DNA of 64,000 nucleotides. It comes from Takakia lepidozioides (lineage: Eukaryota > Plantae > Bryophyta). This document shows positions 16,963 through 30,000 of the stretch, piece by piece. The translations under genes and the position numbers were made by a program. The notes under the pieces are model-generated. The model ran no database searches. It worked only from the letters and a program-made list of their open reading frames with translations, and was not told where the DNA came from. Where the stretch lies: contig CM060731.1 of the NCBI GenBank assembly GCA_030704615.1, positions 10,664,001 through 10,728,000 on the forward strand. Reading direction: 5' to 3'. Numbering within the stretch: the stretch's first letter is position 1; each line of letters starts with the position of its first letter.

Positions 16963-19900
16963 ATGGTTACACTTCCGACTCCAAGATGGTACAAAGTGAC
17001 CAACAAGAGTTGCAGTGACTGTTTTTCTATGCTTTTGGTGAGGACTCTCGAGGAAACGGAGCGGATGATAAGAAACTAATTTTGCAAGTCTGTATCAGGA
17101 GATGAGAAGAGGAAGGTACAAACGGATGCGCGTATTGGACCCCGTGGTGTTGCTGAGACTCGCCCAGTTATGCATCCCACCCGAATCTATCACTGTGGTT
17201 GGAGCTACCTTGCTGCCTCCAGACTCTCTTTTTGCTATTTTACAGGACCGGCGGAGGGTATGGATTGTCCTTTCCTTAGGCAGCTCTTATTGTTCAGCTT
17301 CAGGGGGTATTTTTCATTTGATAGTAACATATTCTCTTGTCTCCCTCAGCTACTCTTTCAGATTGACCTCCCATATATCATACTGAGATCCCAATGATGC
17401 CTCTTAGGTTGTTCACTGTGCAAAGAAACAGTAAAAATCAACGTATGTGGTACTAAACATATATACTAAACATAAATGGAATAATAGTTAGGCATTGGAG
17501 ACAACAGGTGATTATAGCTTAGTAATATGGTTCCCTGCAAGTGAACATTCATCTTGCTGGCATGTATGTGAGTGTGTTTGCATGTAGTCTGTACTCAAGT
17601 GTGGAAACTCTATGGTGTTCCCCCTACAAGGCAGGTGCCAATGGCTCCTGGTTTTGGTTCAAAGGACTTGCTCCACTTGAGTCCTGTTATGTTTTATATG
17701 TGTGCCCATCTATGAGAGTGAGCAAAGTATGTAGTTTTAGATATGCAGATCTCCAATGTACATACATGGTGCTGAATCAGTGGAGCGTGGATGAATGGTG
17801 AGCAGCCTGAAATCATACCCAAAGTGAGAATTGCACTGCTGAAGCTGGTGTCAAAGGATGCATCAGACTTGATAGCGAGAGGCCAGTTTGATGACGCTTT
17901 GCCTATTGTCATGGATGCAATCCTGAAGGGGCAGGCGCTTTTCTACCCCACGGCCCCACTCCAGCTAGTCCCCATTTACCTCCTTGCTGTTCAGGTTCAT
18001 GATTCCCTGCTGTCTCTGCCTCTGCTTCCTTTAATTTTGTCTCCTGTCAAGTCTATGCAATTCTCTCGTAATCTGATATCAGATTTCTGTCTTTACCTAT
18101 TCAGTGTCCAATATTTTCTGCATTTTCGGATGATGCTCTTGTCATGACCCTGTTCTCTCAACAGTGTAACTGAGGCTCTCCTAGCAGTGCAACCACACAC
18201 CCACACGTGCTACAAGCTAGATGGCTAGAGAGCAGTTTATCAACCTTATGCTGTCTGGTATGATGTCAATGCCAGTCATGAACTACCACCAAGGCCTGAA
18301 CCAGATTGTCGTCTGTCTGTGATCGCCATGGCAATTTCTGCATACACCTAGTGGGCTGAAACCCCACAACCACCTCTGGGGAGGGTTAGTATCCCCTGGA
18401 GAATGCCCTGAAGGGTACATCATAAACCATGTTTGCAGGGAACGGTCAATGCTGTGTGTGTGTGTGACCACTTGTGTATAAGTTGATCTCAACTGTGCTA
18501 CTGCCCATTTCTTGTGAGCCTTACAACATTAAATATATTGTAGATGAGAAAAATATGGCAGTGGCTGCAGGTAAATTTGGGGATGGGAAGACAAGTACAA
18601 AGTGAAGATCTCTTGGGAGTGGGCTCATGGCTTCTTCTCCAGGACACCACGGACCAACCTAAAGATTCCATTCGTGCAGAGCTTAGCCGGCTGTTTGGCC
18701 AGCTCCTTGTGCTCCAGGTTCTACATCACTCTTTTGCCCGTGTTTGGATATTTGTCCTATGTGGATCCGAGTCTCCCAAATTACTTTTAAGGAAGTGGCT
18801 TGGAGTGGAATATGACAGTGACGATGGAGTGACCCTCCTCTTTGCCACAGAAACATCCCCAAACATCATTCAAAGCATTTGCCGAGGAAATTTACTACAA
18901 GTCACAAGAGTATGGAGTCTTTGATGTCCGGACAAGCATTGGCTTTTACAACCTTTCCAAAGTCTTCTACTCCACTGTATGGCCTCTGTTACCATTGTGT
19001 ATGTTAATGTTGGAGACGGGTACTCAGTAGACTGCTTGACAGAAATTGTCACTACAGACCATGCACCCCACTCAGACAGGTCAAACAAATGTTATTTGCA
19101 GACTTTACTGGTCACCATATACTTGGTGCCCTACTTGGACAGAGCAACTGGAGAAAGAGGGAAGAAGATGGAGGCACTATAATATCTGAAACTTAGCTTC
19201 ATTAGTGAGATACACCACTGTAAAAACTGAATTTGAAAAAGATAGTGTAGTAGACTTTGGCGTCCTAGTCTATGTCCTCCAAAAGATTTTCTCTACAGTT
19301 TATTTTCATGTGCACAGAGCTGTGAGAAAAAGAGGTTAGAGAGAGAATTCGCCGATTGACCATCCCCTGCTATACTATAAGCAAAAATCCCAGGGGGATA
19401 CGTACCATCCTGAACCTGTGTTGGGTTGTACCCACTAGGTCTAGGAATTCAGCCTGGCATCGCCAGGAGCTTGAGCATGTTGAACACCACACTAGGAAGC
19501 AAAATGTCAATTCTAGTACTGTATACTGTAGCTGCATGCCTGACCGATGTGACAAACGGGTTGACGTTGCTGCCAGTCATGCTGTGAGAGAAAGGGAGAG
19601 AAGAGTGACAAATGGTCGAGGTGTCTATTCCAGGATCTCACTCACAAAACCTTGAATGGGGATGGCTGGGTAGGGGCATAAATCTCATAGCATGGCCTTT
19701 TGGGACCTGGTGATTCATACATGGATGGCAGCACTGAAGGAGGTGGTGCTACATGTACCTGAGAAGAGACTGACAGCATGGGGCAAACCCCAACATCCGG
19801 GTGCTATGGATCAACCTTTGGAAACAAACTTAGCTATTGAAAAGCTGCAAATGGATGAAGTGTGTGACATGTTGCAGGTGTGCAGTCCTTTAGTCTATCT

Positions 19901-20546
19901 GCTTTTGTCTAAAGTAAAAGTTTTCAATGAGGAATCAAAGATGAAGTGCACAACATATTTACAGGTGTGCAGTCCTTTAGTCTGCCTGCTTGTGTGTAAA
20001 AGTTATGGTATTCAATGGGGAATCAAAGGTTGTGTAAGTGTAGGGTTTACTTACAAAGACGTATAAGGAAGCATCCTCTCTCCCTCACCCTCTCTCTCAG
20101 TCAGCCCTTCAACTGAATTGTTGCTCTTGTGCAACTCTTTCTGAAATTGGGAAGTGTCCATCTCTTCTCTGGTGAGGTGCCCCCTACTCGCCCAAGAAGA
20201 GGAAGTCCCCCTGCATGTTACCCAAAGTAACAAGAAACAGATAGAAGCCACAGCACGGTTGGTACTGACTGGGGGTAAGTACAACTGCGGATTCCAGGAT
20301 ATTTGTACCCACAGAGCTGAGGCTAATGGTGCAAAGCATGTCAGTGTAGCTGAGGCGTGCTTGGTGCTAAGTCTGGCCTTCATGCATTGCCAGAAGAAGG
20401 GCCTTGCCTTGGAACACTTACAAAATGCCCAAGGTATCTACAACAAAGCAGATGACAAATCAATGCTGGAGACTGTTGCAAGTGCAATGAAAGTGGTGCT
20501 GGGATCTGCAACCACACTGCAACAGCCATCATCTCGTACAGTATGA
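16963..20546 (+). CDS. ZMYND12: ZMYND12 / inner-arm dynein p38-like TPR protein. Exons: ~17806-17994, 18571-18717, 18851-18976, 19674-19877, 20298-20546; 5' exons (16963-17037, 17099-~17257) tentative
   Basis: LQLVPIYLLAVQVNLGMGR, AELSRLFGQL and FAEEIYYKSQEYGVFDVRTSIGFYNLSKVF align by eye with ZMYND12 segments ELVPAYLLLAEASLGLGR and LANDIYFASCAFGTEDIRTSGGYFHLANIF. Confidence 0.75.
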
Positions 20547-21037
20547 GGGCGAAAGACACTAGGCTGTATATATACTCTAGAGGACTCAGACTTTGATTAT
20601 GTGGATGGACATTTGGTCACTTAGTCACCACTATAATACAAGTGAGTGAGAGAGAGAAAAAGTGGAACTCCATGTTGCAGTGTATACTCTTCAATAAAGC
20701 TCCTCAACAAATTTGATGATTCTGGAGTGAATTGATAAACAGAGCTTGCTAAGACAAAATCCCAGCATACTACCCAAGCTCCAGGCAACTACATCTTCAT
20801 AAGCTACTTCAACAGTACCAGCTTGAGAGAGAGACAAATAAAGAGAAAGATAAATTAGTAAATAATTGCTTTGACTATTCCACACCCGAGCCTAGGAAGC
20901 CCTAAACCGAGATTAGGTTCGGCAGCCGTCTCTTTGCCCTAAAGCACGCAAAATCGCCATAGTTCTTCCTTTGTCTTTCTCCCTGCGGATGCTGCCGTTG
21001 CCTTCTGCGCCGCGGGCCTGTGTGTGAGCGGACAGCA

Positions 21038-21928
<891 letters not shown>

Positions 21929-22189
21929 GTAGACCCAGTGGTTTTATTTGAGAGTACTGATTGCTGGTTGGTCTGTCAAGAGGGAAAGGGAAAATTGGTT
22001 CTTTACACTGGGCCTGGCTGCTTGTTCAGGCCATCTGCTGAAAGATTTGGGCTTGGAGGCTGGGAAAATAATAAAAAGTATCAAAATTGTGCCACAGTTC
22101 AGGAGCGGAGAAATTTGCCATCAACTTGGTTGTCCATACTGGATCTCTTCAATTCTAGGCTCATGAATTTTGTCTATGGATGGTGTTTT

Positions 22190-24169
22190 ATGTCCCTCCT
22201 CCCAGTCCTGTTTCTCCTTCTCTGCCTCATAGATATCCTCCATTGTGCTTGGAAGTCCAAGCAAATGGGAATGCCCTACTACTGCCCGACAACTTTCCTA
22301 TCAGTCAAATGATCCCATGTGTTGTGCTTACACCCAAGTGCCCTCCTTTCTCTTTCATTTCTAATGAAGGAGATGCGGAGGGCAGCTGTCAAAGTGGACA
22401 CCAGAATTGTTTAGCTGGATTGGTGATGTTATGGTGCAAGGAGTTGTTGTGCCAGAAGGAAATTGAATTTCAGATTCTCAACCTTCTGTTTGCCGGCATC
22501 TGCTTGGTTTGGTAGTATATAATTCTTTTCCACTGTTTTGTGGAATTGGCAACTGAGATAATTTGCTGGATATTTCGATTCCCCTGTTGGAGCTGATGAT
22601 TTATTCACAAAATGGTTTTGTGATTTGATATTACCTGACTGGTATCCTCTAATGCCTACTACAAGGGTCTAAGCTTTCTTGGCAAAATATCACTATCCAT
22701 CAGGACTTAAATTACTACCTCTGCTGTTGAAATGTCAAGATTATTAACGGGATGATCTGGAACAAAAACTTTATTTAGTTCAGTTCTGTGTCCTGTAATG
22801 TGCTCCACAAGTACTCTGGAGAACTTACATCCTTTCTCACACACAATCGAAGCTGTGGGGAGGTGAGCCACCCAGATTTGAGTTGGATATGTAATGAGTC
22901 TCATAGTCTCCATGAGTTAATGTCCTGGTAAAAAGGTAATCCTCCCAAAACCGGAGTCCAGAGTTTCAAGAAATTCATGATATTTGTGATTGACTTGAGA
23001 TCATAGATTCAATACATCAAATTTCATTATTTGACCTCCCTGAAAATTCTTCTATTGATCACGCTTCCTGGGTTGAATTGAGGAAGAGGAAGAAAATGGG
23101 CAATAAAGTCTCCTGTAACAGAACAAAGCAAGCACCATGAAATGCAAGCTTTTCCAAGAAACGCTCTGCCAGTAACAATGGGCCGGTTTGGGTTTCATAA
23201 CCTCCAGTTCCAGTTTTTACTAAATCTTAATAGAGAACCTCCTTTTCCAGACTTTCCATATATTTTTATGGAAAGAACCAATGGTTCGGTTACTTGCAAG
23301 AACCTCAAAGAATCAGTTTTTATGAGTTTTCACAAAATAACTCGCGGTATGAGCTTTTGCCGGTTCTTTGTTTTTTCTTAGAACAGCAATTATATCCACA
23401 CTTCTTGATAACCTCCAAGGGTTTGTGGCTGAATCAAAGAACCTCCAAACACTGGTAAACAACACCCGTCTTGTGAAGTGGTCTAGTATATGAATATGAA
23501 AGGTGCAGCTTCCCTAAACCCCCACTTTTCAACGGGAGATCCAAGTTTGCATAATGCAAGCAAGCTGGCCAGTACTGATATTAGACAGGGTTGACTATAT
23601 AAGTTTGCTTACTGTTGATGAGATTCAGATGCACAATCTGTTGATATGCAGAAAACTAACACGTTTTTAGTATTCATGGAATGCCAATCCAGAAACACCA
23701 GGGTGGTCAGATATGTGATACATAGAGAATACACCATTGTAAAAAAATTAGCTGACTTTTTCCTCTCCTTGTTGATTCATTCCCCTCCCCTACCCTTGAT
23801 AGGGCCATGAGTCGCCTTGAGAGAAATGTGTAAAAGCCAGTCAAAAGTGGGTATACCCCTCTGGTCGAGGATGAGCAGCTACAACTTAAAGAGGGTCGAA
23901 GTCAAACTAGGAGAAAGACAAAATGAGATTTTTCAGGTTCAGTGTAATGTGGACCTGTGAGAAGAATCCAGTTTTTGTTCAGCCTCCAACGGGTAGTCTA
24001 CACAACTCTGAAATGGATCTCTCTTTTTTCTTCAGCAGTTGCAGCAATTCTCAGCTGTTTTTCTCAGGTACATCTGGAAAGGCCACTCATGGCCCTGTAT
24101 TTCAAGAGAAATGTAGGTGTCCATTTAGTCACCAGTATTATCTGCTTTGCCTCTCACTGAAGCCGCCAT
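22190..24169 (-). pseudogene. Heavily disrupted, probably mTERF-like gene
   Basis: Candidate ATG at 24169 followed by a transit-peptide-like stretch. Frameshifted segments resemble mTERF repeats (ELNKVFVPDHPVNNLDIS) and the C-terminal fragments (RISF, EMKEKG, DFQAQW). Multiple stops. Confidence 0.4.
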
Positions 24170-27041
24170 GGCTCTGGCTGCATGAAATTGTAACACCCGC
24201 AATCCCGCCGCTTCTCTTGGCACGAAGCTAGTTTTGGTTCTTGGCCCAAACCGTTACAAACCTACTCACTCAATGAAATTCGATTCGTTCTTTTGCAAAA
24301 TACATAACAAGAGCCGCTCGGCCGAGAGAAAGCAAGATCGTAAACCAGGTTAGAAATCCGGCGCAACTCATCCTTTTCAAAAGACCCAAACCTGGATTTC
24401 CACTACGCTGAATCAACCTGAAAATCGGAGAGAGAGCAAGACTCAGTAGGGATGCAGGCGAAAAGACGGACCGCCATCAAGGCACGAACAACACACCGCT
24501 TCCCTTCCAAAACATTCTCCGGACGCATTTTGATCGACAGCCACAATGGTCCCAGACCTAATCGTGAACGGGTTGAGCAAAGGAGAGACCTTCCTCATCA
24601 ATCCCCTTGCAGCTTCTTCAGCATGTTCACCGTTGCTCTTTTTATTGCGTTCTTCAATCGAAACCCCACAATAACGCCCAAAACGAAGCTGCCTGCCGAA
24701 ATTTTAGCCACCGTCCATGCTGACATTACATACTTTGCCATCCTGCACCAAAACTACAGAGATTTCATCAGCATTCTGGCGTCCACGCCAGACAGACAAA
24801 ACCAATCAAAGATCGTACGATGCACGAGATTTACCTGAGGCAAGATTGTTCTCTCTCGCTGCGACTTCAATGTGGGGTGGAGTGAGGGCCTTGTGCCCTA
24901 ACTCCTAATTACTTTGCCCTAATTCCTATCTCTGCACGCTCTTCCACACCACATCACACCAAACCATCGCTGTCAACTACGACCCACCTTCTTAGCGTCT
25001 CCGAAAATTTACTTACCTCTGATAAATATACCGCTGCGTGTCTTCGTATCATGGGTCAGTTTCCAGAAGGCCTTGTCTCCCTCCATCTTTGACCATACGG
25101 AGCGTCTGGATTAAAAGAAGCAATACCTGATGGTACCTTTTTCTCAGTACTGCTATCGCCATCTCTGAACCTCATTCTATGCAATCTCGTTTGGTCCTTG
25201 TAGGATTTTCCTTAATGCAAAGTCTGAATTTTGCAACAGAATATTTACTTTTGTGAAATCAAGTTTGCTTCTAAATTAAAGGTATTAATGATTTGGTGGT
25301 AATTGTTTTTAATTATTTATATCCGGGTTCATAACCGCTGGTATTACGATTGGAATACCCGTCCCATTGATACCCCCTCCACAAATAAAAAATCATACTA
25401 CTATTGAGAACTGGTGGATATTAGTGAATATTTCAATACTATGGAACCGGCTGGTATTGAAAAATGTAATACCCGGCCAACACTGGTTAGTACCTACTTG
25501 AGTGGGCCTTGCACAAGCAGGGCCCATTAATAGAAGAGCGGAGCTGAGTAAGCCCCTCATGAATCAAGGAGGTGTCTCTTGTGTGAAGGTTGGGAGTGGA
25601 CTGGTGAAGGTGCCCATATCGCTACAAAGGTCAAGAGCAGCGTGACACACCACTACTGCGTCAACAGCGGTCTCAAGGAGTTCGACGGAACGAGCCTGTG
25701 TTGATGGCACCCAAGTGAGCAGGTTGACGAAAGTGGAAAGAGGCCGTGTCGACAGTCGAATCACGTAAGTGTGTGGGTGGGTAGCATGGTGGGCCAACCT
25801 CGATGTCGGTATTGGGAGGGTTCGTCGTGTACTATTCTGTACTTTGGCCGTGTTTGTGTGATCCAAGACGACTGTGAGTCCGTGGTCTGTCTTTTAAGTG
25901 CTGAGAGCACTGCTTAAGGAGGTCAAAGAGCTGCTCTATGTATGTGTCCGACGGAGATCCTGGCAGGCTGGACCTTTGGTAGAAGTGAAGGCAGGTGAGC
26001 GTTTACTCCAAGGGTGTCGGACAATCCTGACCGGTTTTACCATAGATCAATCTTCGGATTTGCTTCCGAGGAGAACTGGAACGTTAAGCTTGTCAGCGGC
26101 GAGGTACGCATCCTCTAGGGTGGTTTCTTCATTGCGAACTCGAGAATAGGTACGGACGTCCTAAAAAATCTGCCATACGATCTATTGAGGATTTGAGAAG
26201 AGTCGGTGCATATTGTTTATGGTACAATATTGAGGAGAGGAAGGAGACGTGTACATAAAATCTCGCTACTGAAGTAGTGAGCAAAATCTTGTAAGTATTT
26301 CTTCTTTTACTTTGAGCTCGTTCCTTTTGTAGCAACATAAGCCGCTGCCATCCGAACCGCAGTTTAACTCATTACAGCTCTTACAGTGAACCTTGAGTGG
26401 GATGGTGTCCAGAGATATGAACTTGCGAGTTGTCATTTTCGCTTGTGATACTGTTTGACTGTCTCGGAGATTATCCGAAAGGCCTAGGTGATATATTAGT
26501 TCCAATGATTCAGTGTCCATCCAGAACTGTCGACTATGTACACGTAATGTCCCCGAGTATGTGGATAGTGGTTTGGGTGATCAAAGTACATGTATTGAGC
26601 TTCGATAGATGGCCATCGGTGCTGTGGATGCATGAGGCTTAGATTTGTGTCTTCTTACTTGTGAGATACTTGCATGTTTTCCTTTTCATCATGCCAATGT
26701 TATGTCTTACCACTCATTTGACACATATAGTTCATGGTAGGAGCATGGTAGATCATACAGTGTGTACATAACTCTATTTGCACATCTGCACGGATGTCGT
26801 CTTAGATGCATCCACAACCAGCCTTCAACACGACAAATGTCAATGACTGACCCTGAGGATTGAAAAGCATGACGATTGATTCATTGAAGGAATTTATCAC
26901 AAAGGAAAACTGAAGTTGTACTTCAGTCTGGGAGTGTTAAACGTCTAAATTTTAGCGAGATCGACATCATCGAGTCCTAGAATTCAGCTGGACTAACTCA
27001 ACAACACTGTGTTCTGCTGTAGGTGATTCGGATTTTCGATC

Positions 27042-30000
27042 ATGGTGACAAGTCGAGCTGCATTGCCCCTAGTAATCCTGCTGCTCTTGGCAAGCATAGC
27101 GACTACTCTATCAGAGTTGCATGATCGTCTAGAGAGTGAAGCACAGGACAATTTCCAGTTTTATGCCGGCCATCCGCGTGACACAGATCCCAGTCGCGAA
27201 CTAGACTGGCCTGTGGACGTCTCCGTCGAAAATCAGGCCGATTGGATTGAGGATCAGGTGGCAATGTCAACATCTTCAGAGCCTGATGAAGTCCTTCAAC
27301 GTCCCGAAGGTTCTAGGAGAAGAGAGGCAGCTCGCTCCATGCTGCAAACAAATGGGAGCGTCACTGATGAAATTGCACTCTCGGACTTCAAACAAGGGAT
27401 TACAGGCGACCCAGATGGAACGCTCGCAAAGTGGGATACAAACAATGGTGACTTTTGTGAGTGGAAGGGCGTCACGTGTAACAGCCTCACGAAACGGGTG
27501 GTGGGTCTGAGCTTGACAGGCTGCGGGCTTATAGGTTCCATCAGCCCTCAGCTTGGTACTCTCAATGTTAGGTGCCTTGAACAAAGATGAGACCTGGCGA
27601 CCAGTTTGGCGAAGCAAGTGACTGCTAGAAGACCGCCGAACTGACAGTTGCAGGTGGCGAAGCAAGTGAATGCTAGAAGACCGCCGAACTGACAGTTGCA
27701 GGTCGAATGGAGCAGGCTCGCGTTCACGAACAGATCCACGATTAGGGATTTAAGAAAGTGGGCTTGGAGATGGCAAGAGTGGAGAAGAGAAAAGAATGAT
27801 GGTGTACAGGCATCTAGAGCAGATCTGTATTGACAGGAAACTAGCGTAGCATGGCGTGGTGGTTGGGTGGACCGGACGTAGCCGGTGCTATGCTTTTTGG
27901 TGAGCAGAAAAAGAGGTCGTGAGAAGAAGAAAAAGGATCGATCTGCACTGGTCTATGGTGATAGAATGTGTTGATGCACGGTGTGGTGGAGGGGCGGACT
28001 GGACATCGTAGTCCAGTACTGTGCATAGATAGAATGGCATGAGATGAGTACATAGGTTGACAGGGAGATCTTTTGAACAAGGAATCAGGCCAGAGTAGGA
28101 GTGACGATCACTTGATCGATCTGTGAATTTGTAAATGAGGGAAGTGGAATAAGAATAGGGCCTTGGCTGGAATTCAGATATAGATGAGAGTCCGGTTGAA
28201 ACAAAATCCCGAGCAATCAGTTTTCCTTGGAGTTTTGGTAAATTCCCTGTGAACAACAAACCAAGCAAAGCGCCTGAAATTTTGTCATAGTTGGACAAAG
28301 AAAATAGAGTCAGATCCTTTACAAGTGGTATCAGAGCCAGGTTTGCGATCGGGCAGAACAGATTGTGGATTTCGCAATTTCCAGAAGTAGGGTAATCGTG
28401 TGAATGAGCCAGATCGTTCGGCTCTGTGAGCACGCAACCTGGTGACGACGATCAAGATAGTGAAATGGCTGGAGATCGTGAGCGCTCAGATGCGGGCCAG
28501 TCTGCACCGAGCTTCAGATCGCGAACATGGAAGTCAGTTATTTTCCCAGCAGCAAATGGAGGCCTTAGGTACTTTGATTCGATCTGAGATACAGAAGTTG
28601 GCCCCTGCACAAACTCAAACTGACAAGCGATCTAGGGAGCTGCCTGTGAGTGAGCCACTGAATGAGGACGAATCTGAGGCTGACTCCCATGAGGCCAAGA
28701 TGAAAAGAAGCAAGGATGTCACCAGGGAGATTAGAAGATTGGTGAAGTTGCCAGAATTCTATGGTAAGCCATCTGTCAAGCCTGAAGAAATATTGTCTTT
28801 CTTGGATACCTTAGAAGAGTTCTTTGAGGACGATTATTCAGAGGAAGCCAAGATACAGACAGCTGCTCTACAGCTCCGTGATGCCGCCAAGCTATGGTGG
28901 TCGCGTCAGAAGCAGGAACGCCGTGAACACAAGAAACCATCTGTGGATAGTTGGGCTATGTTTAAGACACTGTTCTTAGCCCATTACCTACCTAGCGACT
29001 ATGCGCACAAGATGAAAGTTGAATTGTTCAGACTGAGACATGAGACTATGAGCGTGGGAGAGTTTAAGACGATTGAAACCCATGCCAGTTATTTCCCCTC
29101 GTTGAGTGAAGAGGACAGAGTTGATTTTTTTGTCGATGGCCTCAGTGATTCTCTCAAATTTAAGGTCAAAGCCACAACCCTCGTACAGAGGCAGAAGCAT
29201 ATCGTTTGGCCTGCAATTTTGAGAATGAAGTAAGGGCACAACGTTCTTCGAACTTAGCCCGTGGCACGGCCGAGTTCAAGCCTAGATCATCTGGTCCTTG
29301 GCAGTCACCAGCGAAGAGAGGGAATTGGAAGAGATTTAAACCGTTTAAGAAGGCGGGGGATCAAACTATACGGAGACCGCCAATGAGGGCTCCCCCAAGG
29401 CTCAGTTTCAAATAACAGGAAGAACACAGGCGTAAGGGTTTGTGTTTCTTGTGCCATGAACCTGGACATAGAGCTGCTGAGTGTATGAAGTACCCAAATT
29501 CTCGTCAGGCTCGACAGACAGCCGCCCTAACAGTTGAAGGACCTACAGAACCTTATGTGGTTGTTGAAACTGGAGAGAAATCAGGACAAGAAAATGGGAA
29601 AAGTCCTAATGTGCGAGTTTCTGCAGCTATCATTGGAGACCAAATAGAGCATGACCCCAGTGTGATACGGGTTCATGGGAGAGTGGCTGGAATTCCCACT
29701 CAAGTGCTGATTGATACTGGCAGCACTCACAACCTGTTGTCAAAGGATTTTGCTGACAAATTGGGACTAGTTCAAGAAGACATGCAACCCTGTCAAATCT
29801 TGTTACCAGATGGTGGCGTGGATTCTATGCACAAACACATCCCAAAGGTACTTATGGACATGCAAAGAGTACGGACTATGGCTGACTTCGAGGTCTGGGA
29901 GGGAGCTCGGTACGACTGCATCCTTGACATGCGGTGGCTGGATCCGGTTGATGTTGTGGTGTCTTGCAAATCCGGACTGGTTAGTGGTACCTTGCCCAAC

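Noticed and set aside
20895-20910. Telo-box upstream of RPS15a
   Set aside because: Only an imperfect match (AAGCCCTAAA); plausible but unsupported.
23180-23470. Short dispersed repeats ending in (C)AACACTGG (also ~9505 and ~25320-25487)
   Set aside because: Probably a common MITE- or SINE-like family, but boundaries and TSDs could not be defined.
25500-26700. Short ORFs upstream of the RLP
   Set aside because: No homology recognisable and no consistent exon structure.
27888-28433. 181-aa antisense ORF in the LTR (also 33311-34000)
   Set aside because: No recognisable domain; its repetition is explained by LTR duplication.
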